64,000 nt of DNA, from positions 25,494 through 89,493 of the IMG/VR virus record IMGVR_UViG_3300030098_003519. One strand, 5' to 3'. Below, piece after piece: positions 41,519 through 50,455 of the stretch; the first letter of the stretch is position 1; each line of letters starts with the position of its first letter. The stretch is from a virus. The notes beneath the pieces were generated by a model. It was not told where the DNA came from, did no database searches, and was given only the letters and a program-made list of their open reading frames with translations. The position numbers and the translations under genes are program-made.

Positions 41519-41588
41519 AAAAAAGGTTTTTGACGAAAAAAATACCTGAATTTTTTTTGCCAGATTTTTGGAACTAAAAGTCGATTTT
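41519..41588. repeat. Dispersed intergenic element copy 2
   Basis: aaaaggtttttgac..aaaaaaat...ttttttt...tttttggaactaaaagtcgatttt is colinear with 22075-22143. Confidence 0.7.
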
Positions 41589-41596
41589 GGTTTCAG

Positions 41597-41764
41597 CTAC
41601 TCAAAGATGATTTCCCCACGTAACTCTGCAAGTTTTGCAGTACCCATAGTCTCAACGCAAGTCCAATACGTTTCACCACTCACTCCATACTCATCGCAGA
41701 AATGCTCTGCAATATCTTCTTGCAGATGTTGAAGTTCAGTTAGGTCTTCTCTGCGAATGAACAT
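41597..41764 (-). CDS. Small hypothetical protein (55 aa, not in the ORF track)
   Basis: MFIRREDLTELQHLQEDIAEHFCDEYGVSGETYWTCVETMGTAKLAELRGEIIFE*, directly downstream of a sigma70-type promoter. Confidence 0.75.
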   Translation of the reverse strand: MFIRREDLTELQHLQEDIAEHFCDEYGVSGETYWTCVETMGTAKLAELRGEIIFE

Positions 41765-41786
41765 ATCTATTTAGTGTGTAGTGTAC

Positions 41787-41815
41787 AGTTTATCACAACC
41801 AAACTCACATGTCAA
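41787..41815 (-). promoter_or_regulatory. Host sigma70-type (early) promoter
   Basis: TTGACA-17 nt-TAAACT with an extended -10 TG. The -35 box overlaps the TGA of 41812..43482. Confidence 0.7.
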
Positions 41816-43482
41816 CTTTCATACTGAGAAAAATCTTCTCCTTTAATCTCAGCAAGATACTTTTCAAGTTTAGTTATCTCACCTCTTAGATACGATGCAC
41901 CCTGTAAATAACCCCATGCTCTAATCTGTTTATCATTTCTATAATCCCTTAATGTAGCAGTCATTGCTACCAATTTTCGTATTTGGGGTTCATTTTCTGC
42001 CTTAATTGCTGCCATTTCTGCTTCTGCAGTATCAATTGCAGTTTTTAAAGCAGCACAATTTGATGGGGATGGACTTGCTGGTGTGTCATTTGTGGTACCA
42101 AGTGACCCACTTCCACCCTGAACAAATACTCTTGTACCTTCAGTAATATATCTTGAATCACTTATCGGACTTTCAACATCACCATCATCATCTACTAAAC
42201 AAGGCCAAGTATCAACACCAATAGGAACTCTTATACTTCCACCACCTTGTTTTGGTTCTGGATGTAAAGTTAATGTTGCTTCATCAAAAGGATCTGAACC
42301 ATTTTTAAATTCTCTGATTGCTCTACCAGGAAGTCCTTGAGGGAATGATACCATTCTATTCGACCACCATGTGAATGGGCCTGTAGGATAAGTGGTATAT
42401 TCTGAGGAATCGTCTACCAGAACTGCACTATGTCCCAATCCAACTTTACCTGAAGATATGTTTCCCACTCTAACAGGATCATTAGGAAACTTATTAAAAT
42501 CAAAAGCTTCATCTACATCAGCTTCACTACGAATTACATAGTAATCTCTACCATCTCCATTTGTAGTCGTACATGCTGTACCAAGAATAATTGATGGAAC
42601 ATTTGTAGTCAACCCAACCTGAAATGTTGATCCACTATGAGCAGTTCCGACTGCTGCATTAGATAAAATATAAGCAGTAACTGTTTTTGATACAGTAAAT
42701 TCTTTTACTTTATTACTGTCACTAGGATCAGGTTTCTGAACTTTTACAGATATCTGAGTGTTACCAAACCCAACAACTTTCGTATTGTATGGTAGATAAT
42801 TAGTATATGCTATACCAGAAAGGATTGGGATGTCCTGATTAGTACCAATACCAGTATTATATAACTCAGAAGATCCAATAGCAATATATCCACTAAGTGT
42901 AGTACTAATCCCTGAGTTGGTATCTGTTCTTCCAAATCCAACAACCTTCGGAAAGGTTCCTATAGGAAATATTTCTGGTGCTTCAAGATCATCTGTTATC
43001 TCATCACCAATTTGAATATTCCGATAACCTGAATCCTCTGTACCTCCAATAACTGCAAGAACAGTTTCACCTAGACCAATATTACCACGCAAACTTGTAA
43101 TTAAATTGGATCCATAGTCTCTATCTTTTGGAGACTGATAATACTTTACTGAATAATATCCTGTAGTAATACCAACGAACTTTGCTTCATATTCATCTGC
43201 ATCCTCATCACCCCAATCAACTGTACCAATAAAAACCCACTCCAAATCACTTTTACATCCAGCTTCTATTCTTGCTTCATATGCATCCACATGTGCTTGA
43301 ATCTTTGTATTAATTTGTTCAATTAATGGTGGTATATCTTTATCAATATTGACAATTAATTCATCAAGTTGATCTATTTCAACATCAGCAAGAGAAAGTT
43401 GATCTAATAATGATTCTCTTTGTTGTTTCTTTTCTTTTATTTCAGTAATTATATCATCAATAAATTTTTGTGCTTTAGCCAT
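41812..43482 (-). CDS. Baseplate/spike-associated structural protein with N- and C-terminal coiled coils (556 aa)
   Basis: Helical termini around a Gly/Thr-rich core, located in the gp5 operon. Confidence 0.65.
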   Translation of the reverse strand: MAKAQKFIDDIITEIKEKKQQRESLLDQLSLADVEIDQLDELIVNIDKDIPPLIEQINTKIQAHVDAYEARIEAGCKSDLEWVFIGTVDWGDEDADEYEAKFVGITTGYYSVKYYQSPKDRDYGSNLITSLRGNIGLGETVLAVIGGTEDSGYRNIQIGDEITDDLEAPEIFPIGTFPKVVGFGRTDTNSGISTTLSGYIAIGSSELYNTGIGTNQDIPILSGIAYTNYLPYNTKVVGFGNTQISVKVQKPDPSDSNKVKEFTVSKTVTAYILSNAAVGTAHSGSTFQVGLTTNVPSIILGTACTTTNGDGRDYYVIRSEADVDEAFDFNKFPNDPVRVGNISSGKVGLGHSAVLVDDSSEYTTYPTGPFTWWSNRMVSFPQGLPGRAIREFKNGSDPFDEATLTLHPEPKQGGGSIRVPIGVDTWPCLVDDDGDVESPISDSRYITEGTRVFVQGGSGSLGTTNDTPASPSPSNCAALKTAIDTAEAEMAAIKAENEPQIRKLVAMTATLRDYRNDKQIRAWGYLQGASYLRGEITKLEKYLAEIKGEDFSQYES

Positions 43483-43487
43483 TATTA

Positions 43488-44390
43488 TTACCTCTTATCG
43501 TAATGATATCCTGCGATAGAAAATTGACTATTATCTCCTGGATAATCTTCTGGTGTCTTTCCTTCATACTCAGGAATGTTTTTCTCAACATCAATTCTTT
43601 CTCCATGTATTATATAATGGCAATTAATTGGTGCAGCACTATTATTGAAAACTGTTACTTTATTATTCTCAATTGATTTAATAAAAAGTTCTTGATGAAC
43701 ATCATTAGAAGTTAAATTAACAGTAATTGATTCTGGATCAACTAGACCTTTCCAATACTCTGGCAATTCTATCACATTACTATCCTTAAGTCTACCCCTA
43801 ACATATATGTCTGCTGTTGGTGCTTCTACACAAATATGTCTTACTCTCTTTTCCTTTTTAGTAGGATGAGGTATATCAAAACTCTTACATCCTGCAGGAA
43901 TACCAACACATCCAGAAACATTACCAAAAAATTTAGGTGCTGTAACAGTAGCACCTGCTGCTATAACTCCACCAACAGTGAGAGATCCAGAAATAGTATG
44001 TGTTGTATTATCTTGAACTGGGCCATTTGCTAGACCTATAGCATTTTTAATATCAACACCATTCTTCAAACTCAATGCATTTTTAACAGTAACACCATAA
44101 AGTGTAGTCATTCCATAGTGGAAAGTAAGTCCAAAGTTGGAAACCATTCCTATGAATACACTATTACCCTCTACCCATAATGAATTAGGTAAAGTCTTTC
44201 CTAGATTGGCAAGTGGAGGGCCAATATTAACTGCTGCCTTGAAACCTCCTGCAATTGAATCACCAAAAATACTAATTCCTGGACAAGTTAACTCACCATT
44301 CCCAAGAACATCAGGAATACCTGGTTTAGTCCAGTCACGGTTACCAACCGAAAGTTTACCTGTTTCAACCTGAACGTTCTTTATACTCAT
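43488..44390 (-). CDS. Beta-helical spike/fibre-like protein with a C-terminal chaperone-like domain (300 aa)
   Basis: Six-residue periodic Gly repeats followed by KSFDIPHP...RH.CVEAP...YVRG, related to the C-terminus of 1669..6387. Confidence 0.65.
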   Translation of the reverse strand: MSIKNVQVETGKLSVGNRDWTKPGIPDVLGNGELTCPGISIFGDSIAGGFKAAVNIGPPLANLGKTLPNSLWVEGNSVFIGMVSNFGLTFHYGMTTLYGVTVKNALSLKNGVDIKNAIGLANGPVQDNTTHTISGSLTVGGVIAAGATVTAPKFFGNVSGCVGIPAGCKSFDIPHPTKKEKRVRHICVEAPTADIYVRGRLKDSNVIELPEYWKGLVDPESITVNLTSNDVHQELFIKSIENNKVTVFNNSAAPINCHYIIHGERIDVEKNIPEYEGKTPEDYPGDNSQFSIAGYHYDKR

Positions 44391-44393
44391 ATC

Positions 44394-45116
44394 TTAAACT
44401 GCTCCACTCGTAAATAACATCTTGGCATTCTTCACTGCTGCTAAGATTTTTTCTGTCAAACTGGTTGCAATGATTGGATCACCACCACTTCCAGTTTCTA
44501 CTGGGCCTGATTCACAATAAACCATAGTATCATTACCACCGTATAATAACATATCAGAAGATGCTGCTATCGTAGCATAATCACTATCAACTGTCAAACT
44601 TGGTGCATCCAAATACAAATTTTGCTTAGTCTTAACAGTTACTTGACCTTCTGGATCAGTAGCCTCTAAGAGAACATTCAATCCTTGTAAAATTAGATTA
44701 CCATTTGGTGCTGATATTTTAATGGTTCCATTTTCTGCTGTAATAAAGACAGAAAGGTCATCTGATGTTGCTTTATCACCAGTTTTAAGTTCTATTGAAT
44801 TTCTAGAACCTATTTTACAGTTACCTTGTTCATAAAAATGTATACACTGAGCAGTATCAGTAGTAAGCATCAACTCTCCTTTACCATGTCCCAATGTATT
44901 GACACCAGATGACATCGTAAATCCTGGAAAACGTCTTCTATAAAATTTCTCAAATCTTTTCTCAAATTCTTTATCCTCCTCAGTCATCTCACCAACTTGA
45001 TCAAGACCAGTATCCTCCATAGCTGCCGTAGCTTCATCTGAGAATGCAGTTGCTGTATCTATTTGAGTAGTTGGATTAGATGTTTGATTGTATGGATTGA
45101 AACTACTATCAGTCAT
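44394..45116 (-). CDS. gp5 C-terminal-like beta-helix protein (240 aa)
   Basis: ITAENGTIKISAPNGNLILQGLNVLLEA beta-strand repeats, directly downstream of gp5, with a strong RBS (AAGGAGG). Confidence 0.55.
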   Translation of the reverse strand: MTDSSFNPYNQTSNPTTQIDTATAFSDEATAAMEDTGLDQVGEMTEEDKEFEKRFEKFYRRRFPGFTMSSGVNTLGHGKGELMLTTDTAQCIHFYEQGNCKIGSRNSIELKTGDKATSDDLSVFITAENGTIKISAPNGNLILQGLNVLLEATDPEGQVTVKTKQNLYLDAPSLTVDSDYATIAASSDMLLYGGNDTMVYCESGPVETGSGGDPIIATSLTEKILAAVKNAKMLFTSGAV

Positions 45117-45128
45117 AATAATACCTCC

Positions 45129-47537
45129 TTATTGGTGATCAGTTGTTGGGCAGTCAATAACAGTTGTAATTCCAATGAGTGGTCTTACAACGTCATCCAT
45201 AGTAATTCCATCAGAAATACCAGTGGTTCCCGTCCGAGTTCTTGGAAGGTCACTAGTTGATTGTGGATGGGTTCTCATTATCGGAATAAATTCAGCACCA
45301 TATCCTGTATCAGAGTCGTAAGTAACCTCTGGAGCTTCCCACACTTCCCTTTCCCAAGGTTTCCAGTCCACTTTCCAAATACCACCCCAAGAAGTAGTTT
45401 GAATCTTAGCAGTTGTACAGACACCAACAGCACAAATCTTGACTCTATCATCTGGATCAAAATCCCTACCTGGTCTCTTCACAAATATATCCTCGATAAA
45501 TCCATAAGTACCAGTTCCAATTCCAGTTCCTCCACCAGGCCCTGTACCTGTTGTTCCTATACCTATTGTTACTGTAGTTCCAGTACCAACTGTAGTTCCA
45601 GTACCAGTATTACCACCACAATATCCATATCCTTTATTCAATAAGACAACACTATCAATAGAACCATTAACAATCTGTGGGTATGCTTGAGCACCAGAAC
45701 CCCATCCACTATTATCAACTATAGCAACACTAGTGTCACTATCATATCCACTTCCACCATTTATAACATCAATTGCAAATATCGAACTATTATTAGCAAC
45801 AGTTATGAATAAATCTGCACCTGTACCATTTCCGTTTAACCTAACTACAGGTGGAATACAAACAGCTGCTTTAGTACCAGGTTTTGTTACAAGATCATCC
45901 TGATTAGTAATATTATAAGGATCACATGCATTAAATATGGAATTCTTTCCACCAAGTAATGGCATTGTTGATATTGCTGCTTCAATACTTGACAATTTAT
46001 CTGCAGCAGTACCAGAAAGATTTCCTCCAGTTAGTGTGTCAACATTATCAAGAACTTCTTTAGCATTACTTCCATTGTAATTAAATAACTCAACACTTGT
46101 ATAAGTACCATCCTCATTCTGAACGACTGGTCCATCTATATCACTTACATTTACTTTTTCACCATCAACAATAGCAGAACCGAATCCAGTATCAATAGCA
46201 CCAGTAATCGATTTACCTATACCAGTAAGAGAAGAACTAATACCTGAGAATACATCCATTCCACTTATTATACCTCCACTCTTATTCCAATCATCCATCT
46301 TACCTTCTAAGAACTTGTTCGTTGTGGATGCCCATTTACCTGGTTTAGAACATAAAGGACCATTACAAGCAAGGAAAGCATAGATTGCTTTGGCAAAAGC
46401 ACTTGCCTTCTTAAGAACACCTGCAACTGAAGCGAGTCCACCCATCAACCAATTCAATCCTGCTAAGAGTGGCCCCAACAACCCCTCCAACATGTTCATT
46501 AACTTTGATAATAAACCAGATATGAATTGCTCAATCGCACATATTGGTCCACCAATAACCCTACCAATAAGTTTATTGAGCATTCCTAAAAGAAAATTCC
46601 AAAAACCTCCAATTATTTTATTAAAATTACACCAAAGGATTTTAAGAATATTTGTCTTTGCCATCTTAGCGATGGGATCAGTAAGAAATGCAAAAGGATT
46701 AAACTTTTTTATTTTTGCTAAGAACTTACCAAAAATAATATTGATTTTTCCTATTAGACCTTTTCTTATATTATTGAGAATATCTTTAATGACTGCTAGA
46801 ATTTTTTTAGCAAAAACTTTTACCTTCTTTTGTATATCAACAAACTCTTCAAGCATAGGATCAATATACTTTTCTCCTACTTTTGTAAGATTATCAGTAA
46901 CTGAAATAAAATCTTGAAGAAACTGTCCTATCTTACTGATAGCATCATCACCACAAGTACTATCAATAACTTCATCAGTATCAAACAATCTCTCTGCTGC
47001 TCCTTCAGCCTTAGTAACATCATTCTTCTTTGTTATAATACTGTTTGGATTTTCCTTAGTGAAATTAGTATCCCTAGCAGTGATTGAATTTCCCTGAGTT
47101 TCATTAGTCCAAGTCTCAAAACCACCACTCTTATCTGGTGTAATCTTATCATCAGAACTAATACTACTCTCAACCTCCTGATTCCTATTAAGCAACCCCA
47201 TAACAACTGGTTGCTGTCCCTCTTCACCATCTAAGAAAAACCCAACAGCAGTCTCACCACCCTGAAGTGACATGGTTTCACCTATACCACCCTGTCCACT
47301 ACCGACTTGTGCATCCTGCATTACCTCAGCCCAAGGGAGATCATTCTCTGGCATTTCAGTCTCTTCCCAAGGGTGATATCCGATAATACGAACCTTCACC
47401 CTTTGCTGTTTCTTACCATCAACTGCAAGAGTATTATTTTGTTTCTTCCATGACGATGCAGCAGCAACACGACCTATCCACCAGACAAATCCGTCACGTC
47501 CTACAATATTCGTTTTTATTACAGAATCATTTAACAT
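45129..47537 (-). CDS. gp5: Baseplate hub/spike protein gp5-like (OB-fold, no lysozyme domain seen)
   Basis: GRDGFVWWIGRV...RVKVRIIGYH...DLPWAEV...G.T.VGFFLDG..GQQPVVMG matches the Gp5 N-terminal OB domain. Confidence 0.85.
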   Translation of the reverse strand: MLNDSVIKTNIVGRDGFVWWIGRVAAASSWKKQNNTLAVDGKKQQRVKVRIIGYHPWEETEMPENDLPWAEVMQDAQVGSGQGGIGETMSLQGGETAVGFFLDGEEGQQPVVMGLLNRNQEVESSISSDDKITPDKSGGFETWTNETQGNSITARDTNFTKENPNSIITKKNDVTKAEGAAERLFDTDEVIDSTCGDDAISKIGQFLQDFISVTDNLTKVGEKYIDPMLEEFVDIQKKVKVFAKKILAVIKDILNNIRKGLIGKINIIFGKFLAKIKKFNPFAFLTDPIAKMAKTNILKILWCNFNKIIGGFWNFLLGMLNKLIGRVIGGPICAIEQFISGLLSKLMNMLEGLLGPLLAGLNWLMGGLASVAGVLKKASAFAKAIYAFLACNGPLCSKPGKWASTTNKFLEGKMDDWNKSGGIISGMDVFSGISSSLTGIGKSITGAIDTGFGSAIVDGEKVNVSDIDGPVVQNEDGTYTSVELFNYNGSNAKEVLDNVDTLTGGNLSGTAADKLSSIEAAISTMPLLGGKNSIFNACDPYNITNQDDLVTKPGTKAAVCIPPVVRLNGNGTGADLFITVANNSSIFAIDVINGGSGYDSDTSVAIVDNSGWGSGAQAYPQIVNGSIDSVVLLNKGYGYCGGNTGTGTTVGTGTTVTIGIGTTGTGPGGGTGIGTGTYGFIEDIFVKRPGRDFDPDDRVKICAVGVCTTAKIQTTSWGGIWKVDWKPWEREVWEAPEVTYDSDTGYGAEFIPIMRTHPQSTSDLPRTRTGTTGISDGITMDDVVRPLIGITTVIDCPTTDHQ

Positions 47538-47806
47538 CAGTCGTCGTAAACTCTACACTCCATTGAATCGGGATGATTATCACAATACACTTCTAAGTGC
47601 TGATCCTCATGGCGTGTGTGCCAATCATTAATCTTTGCACCACCTGGATTCTCTTCATTCTCTTCATGATCATGAAAAGCATCATTGTGAAGTTTCAAAT
47701 CTTCTTCAGTATATTCAAGCATACCATGATTAACATGCTCTTTATGATCCTTTGGATCAAGATACACTTCATGGTTTAAATCGTGTTCTGGTACTTTAGT
47801 AGTCAT
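47537..47806 (-). CDS. cp12: CP12-like Calvin-cycle inhibitor (auxiliary metabolic gene), His-rich variant
   Basis: C-terminal LEVYCDNHPDSMECRVYDD matches the CP12 C-terminal Cys-pair motif. Confidence 0.75.
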   Translation of the reverse strand: MTTKVPEHDLNHEVYLDPKDHKEHVNHGMLEYTEEDLKLHNDAFHDHEENEENPGGAKINDWHTRHEDQHLEVYCDNHPDSMECRVYDD

Positions 47807-47814
47807 AATTCTCC

Positions 47815-49149
47815 TTAAGTAGAATCTGGAATTTTAAATCCGTAAGAATCTCTTATGAGTCTAAGTGAAGTTGTAACCTCACCAACTTCAATATGATGTC
47901 TTACTTCTTTAATTATATAATAACCACTTAATGATAGGTCAATTTCCCTAGATTGTCCTTCCTGGACACGGGGAAATTCGCATTTGATAACATTACCTAC
48001 CTTCAAGTCTAGGTTACAAGGTACAAGAATATTTAGTGCCTGTGTGAACAACAAGTTATAACGAGAGAAAGATTTAGCCATATCAGCAGTATCTCTACCA
48101 GATTCTTTCTTAGCCTGATGAATACCATCTTTATCAAGAACACCATGATCAGTAATTCTTGTTATAACTCTTGTTGGTCTAGTTGCTATCTCACTAAACA
48201 AAGAAGATGGATCATGAATATCATCTTGACCAAGATGACTATCTCCCAACTCATCTTTAAAATTATATCCATAATAAGAAGCCCGATGATGTAATGAATC
48301 CCAGATATAACTCACATTTTTATACAATCCAATAGCAAATGCTTTCTTTACATCAACATTCCTATCCATATAATGGTTAATAATCTGGAAATTATTCTCC
48401 AATAAATTTGCATCTATTCCACCAAATCCTTTACTTTCATATACGAATACATCTTCAGCATCTGCACTATTATCTTGTATTCTAGTATCAGAAACTAGAC
48501 TATCAATACTTCTGAAATGGAATCCATCTGCATTCTCATAGAAGAAAAATCCTGCAGTACCTTTTGCTTTACCAGTATGAGTAAACTTACCACTCACACC
48601 ACTCACACCCCAAGCAGATATTCCTTTAGGACACAACCACTGACACACCTCAAGTGGTTTTCTCATATTTCCAATGAACCCATAAGTATTACTCGTCTGT
48701 TCTATCTTCTTTATTTTATCATCTGGTACTTTTAATATATTTGTTAGAATACTTCTAACATGTTTATCAATTGGAACTGTATCAGAATATCTTTTCGTAC
48801 ATCTAGTTCCCTCATTTACAAGAGAATGGTATGATGTCAAATGTAATATAATTGATGCTGTTTGTCTTTGAGAGTCTCCTGAACTTGCTTTAACAAGATA
48901 CATCTCCTTCTCAAATGTTCCAGAACCAAGTTCCAATTCTACATTGACTTTTTCTCCACCCTGTAATCCGAATTCACTAACCAAATTATAAGAACCAATC
49001 AAAGTAATCTGCATTGATACAACTGGTTCAAGTAAATCCTCAAAATAATCAACAGAAAAAGTAGATCCACTCAATGCTTGAGATCCCTTAGTTCTGCTTT
49101 CTATTGAAATGTTTACTGGTTTTAAACCAATTTGATATTCTACTGCCAT
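47815..49149 (-). CDS. Baseplate hub protein (gp27 / late control D-like)
   Basis: YFEDLL.P, GFFFYENADGFHFRSID, VPCNLDLKVGNVI and LSGYYIIKEVRH...TSLRLIRDS hub motifs; position upstream of gp5. Confidence 0.7.
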   Translation of the reverse strand: MAVEYQIGLKPVNISIESRTKGSQALSGSTFSVDYFEDLLEPVVSMQITLIGSYNLVSEFGLQGGEKVNVELELGSGTFEKEMYLVKASSGDSQRQTASIILHLTSYHSLVNEGTRCTKRYSDTVPIDKHVRSILTNILKVPDDKIKKIEQTSNTYGFIGNMRKPLEVCQWLCPKGISAWGVSGVSGKFTHTGKAKGTAGFFFYENADGFHFRSIDSLVSDTRIQDNSADAEDVFVYESKGFGGIDANLLENNFQIINHYMDRNVDVKKAFAIGLYKNVSYIWDSLHHRASYYGYNFKDELGDSHLGQDDIHDPSSLFSEIATRPTRVITRITDHGVLDKDGIHQAKKESGRDTADMAKSFSRYNLLFTQALNILVPCNLDLKVGNVIKCEFPRVQEGQSREIDLSLSGYYIIKEVRHHIEVGEVTTSLRLIRDSYGFKIPDST

Positions 49150-50453
49150 TATTTTAGATTAGTAAGTAAAAGATCTGAGAATGGATTATCATCACTATTT
49201 AATCCGAAAGGTATTGATGATTCAGAGGAGGAAGACTTAGTGAAAGCATTCGTATCAATAGTAGGAAGATTGAATTTCTCTGACATATCAGTTGTTATTA
49301 TTGGGAAAGGTACAGTTGTCTCACCAGATTGGAATATATTTTTTGATTGATTATTTAATTGATCTTTATACTTGGTTTTTATATAATCAATATCAAATTC
49401 AACTTCTTTCAAGAACTTTTGATTAAACTCATTTTGTCCAGTAAGAAATTCCACAGCCCAATTAACTGGTTTCTTACTTACCAACTTTTCTTTCCGTTCT
49501 ATTAACCTTGAAAGAACTTTAGGAGCACCGTGCTTTTTAACTTGTTTATCAAGTAATTTTTTACCCAAATGCCTGAATCCTTTTGTAGATAAATGATCAA
49601 TTGGTTCTACGATAAGTTTTTGTGCTGCATAATCAAGTATCAATCCTTTACCAAGACTCTTAAGACTTGATGGTTTAAATAAATTTTTTATATTTGTTTT
49701 AAAACTTGTTTTTAATAATGGTTGCTTCTTAATTATATTTTTATTCAAAGAATCTGGGATTAGTGGTGCTTGAGCTTTCGTAGCAGAGAATGTACCTGAT
49801 CCAACCTTCATAAGTTTACTGCCATGTTTAAGTTGAACAGACTTCATTCTCTCACCAAGATTAATAACATTAGGTTTGATTCCACCTTTCTTCCAAAATT
49901 TATTCCTTAAGGTATTACTTTTTAAATTTTTTATCCAGTTACTTTTAATCTTCGCATTCTTGAGGTTTGTTTTTAGAGTATTTTTATTCTTTACATCAAT
50001 CTTATTATTGATTCTTTTAATGTTATTATTTTTACGTATATTTGGATCATTTAATTGCCTAGTTATATCTAATGCCGAAGTTAGATTAGGGCCCTGCAAA
50101 GGTTTCGGTATTGTTACACCAGTATCTTCTGCATCTACTCCATCAGCATCTTTATCTTTATCTTTATCTTTATCTTTATTAAGTGCAGCCAATGCTCCTA
50201 TCCCAAGTAGAGCAAGTAATGCAGGTAACCAATTAGAACCACCTGGACCTTTACCAAGTTTCTCGACTTCTTTTTTGCTTGGTAATTTTATACCAGCAAG
50301 TGCTTTATTACTAGACTCTATCCACTTGATAAACGTTTTAAAATCTTTCTTTCTTTTAAACTTAAGATCAGAAACAATAGCAGTACTTGGAGATACTATT
50401 ATCCTATTAGCAATAGTCTTTAAATCAGATTTTTTTGCACTTATTTTTGCCAT
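49149..50453 (-). CDS. Tape-measure-like / hypervariable Lys-rich protein (434 aa)
   Basis: Hydrophobic segment WLPALLALLGIGALAAL, helical and Lys/Asn-rich; lies between the chaperone genes and the hub. Confidence 0.5.
   Translation of the reverse strand: MAKISAKKSDLKTIANRIIVSPSTAIVSDLKFKRKKDFKTFIKWIESSNKALAGIKLPSKKEVEKLGKGPGGSNWLPALLALLGIGALAALNKDKDKDKDKDADGVDAEDTGVTIPKPLQGPNLTSALDITRQLNDPNIRKNNNIKRINNKIDVKNKNTLKTNLKNAKIKSNWIKNLKSNTLRNKFWKKGGIKPNVINLGERMKSVQLKHGSKLMKVGSGTFSATKAQAPLIPDSLNKNIIKKQPLLKTSFKTNIKNLFKPSSLKSLGKGLILDYAAQKLIVEPIDHLSTKGFRHLGKKLLDKQVKKHGAPKVLSRLIERKEKLVSKKPVNWAVEFLTGQNEFNQKFLKEVEFDIDYIKTKYKDQLNNQSKNIFQSGETTVPFPIITTDMSEKFNLPTIDTNAFTKSSSSESSIPFGLNSDDNPFSDLLLTNLK
50148..50177. 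repeat. (ATCTTT)5 in-frame microsatellite encoding a KD dipeptide run
   Basis: Five perfect hexamers. Confidence 0.9.
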
Positions 50454-50455
50454 AA

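Noticed and set aside
43488-47537. Stop-codon read-through or recoding, since gp5, the 240-aa ORF and the 300-aa ORF are in one frame (also 33972/33971, 30141/30137, 8227/8226)
   Set aside because: In-frame neighbours are expected one time in three, and the stops are mostly TAA. The downstream ORFs have their own ATG (45116 has a strong AAGGAGG RBS), and core genes have normal lengths under the standard code.
50148-50177. Phase-variation switch at the (ATCTTT)5 tract
   Set aside because: The 6-bp unit preserves the reading frame, so slippage only changes linker length.
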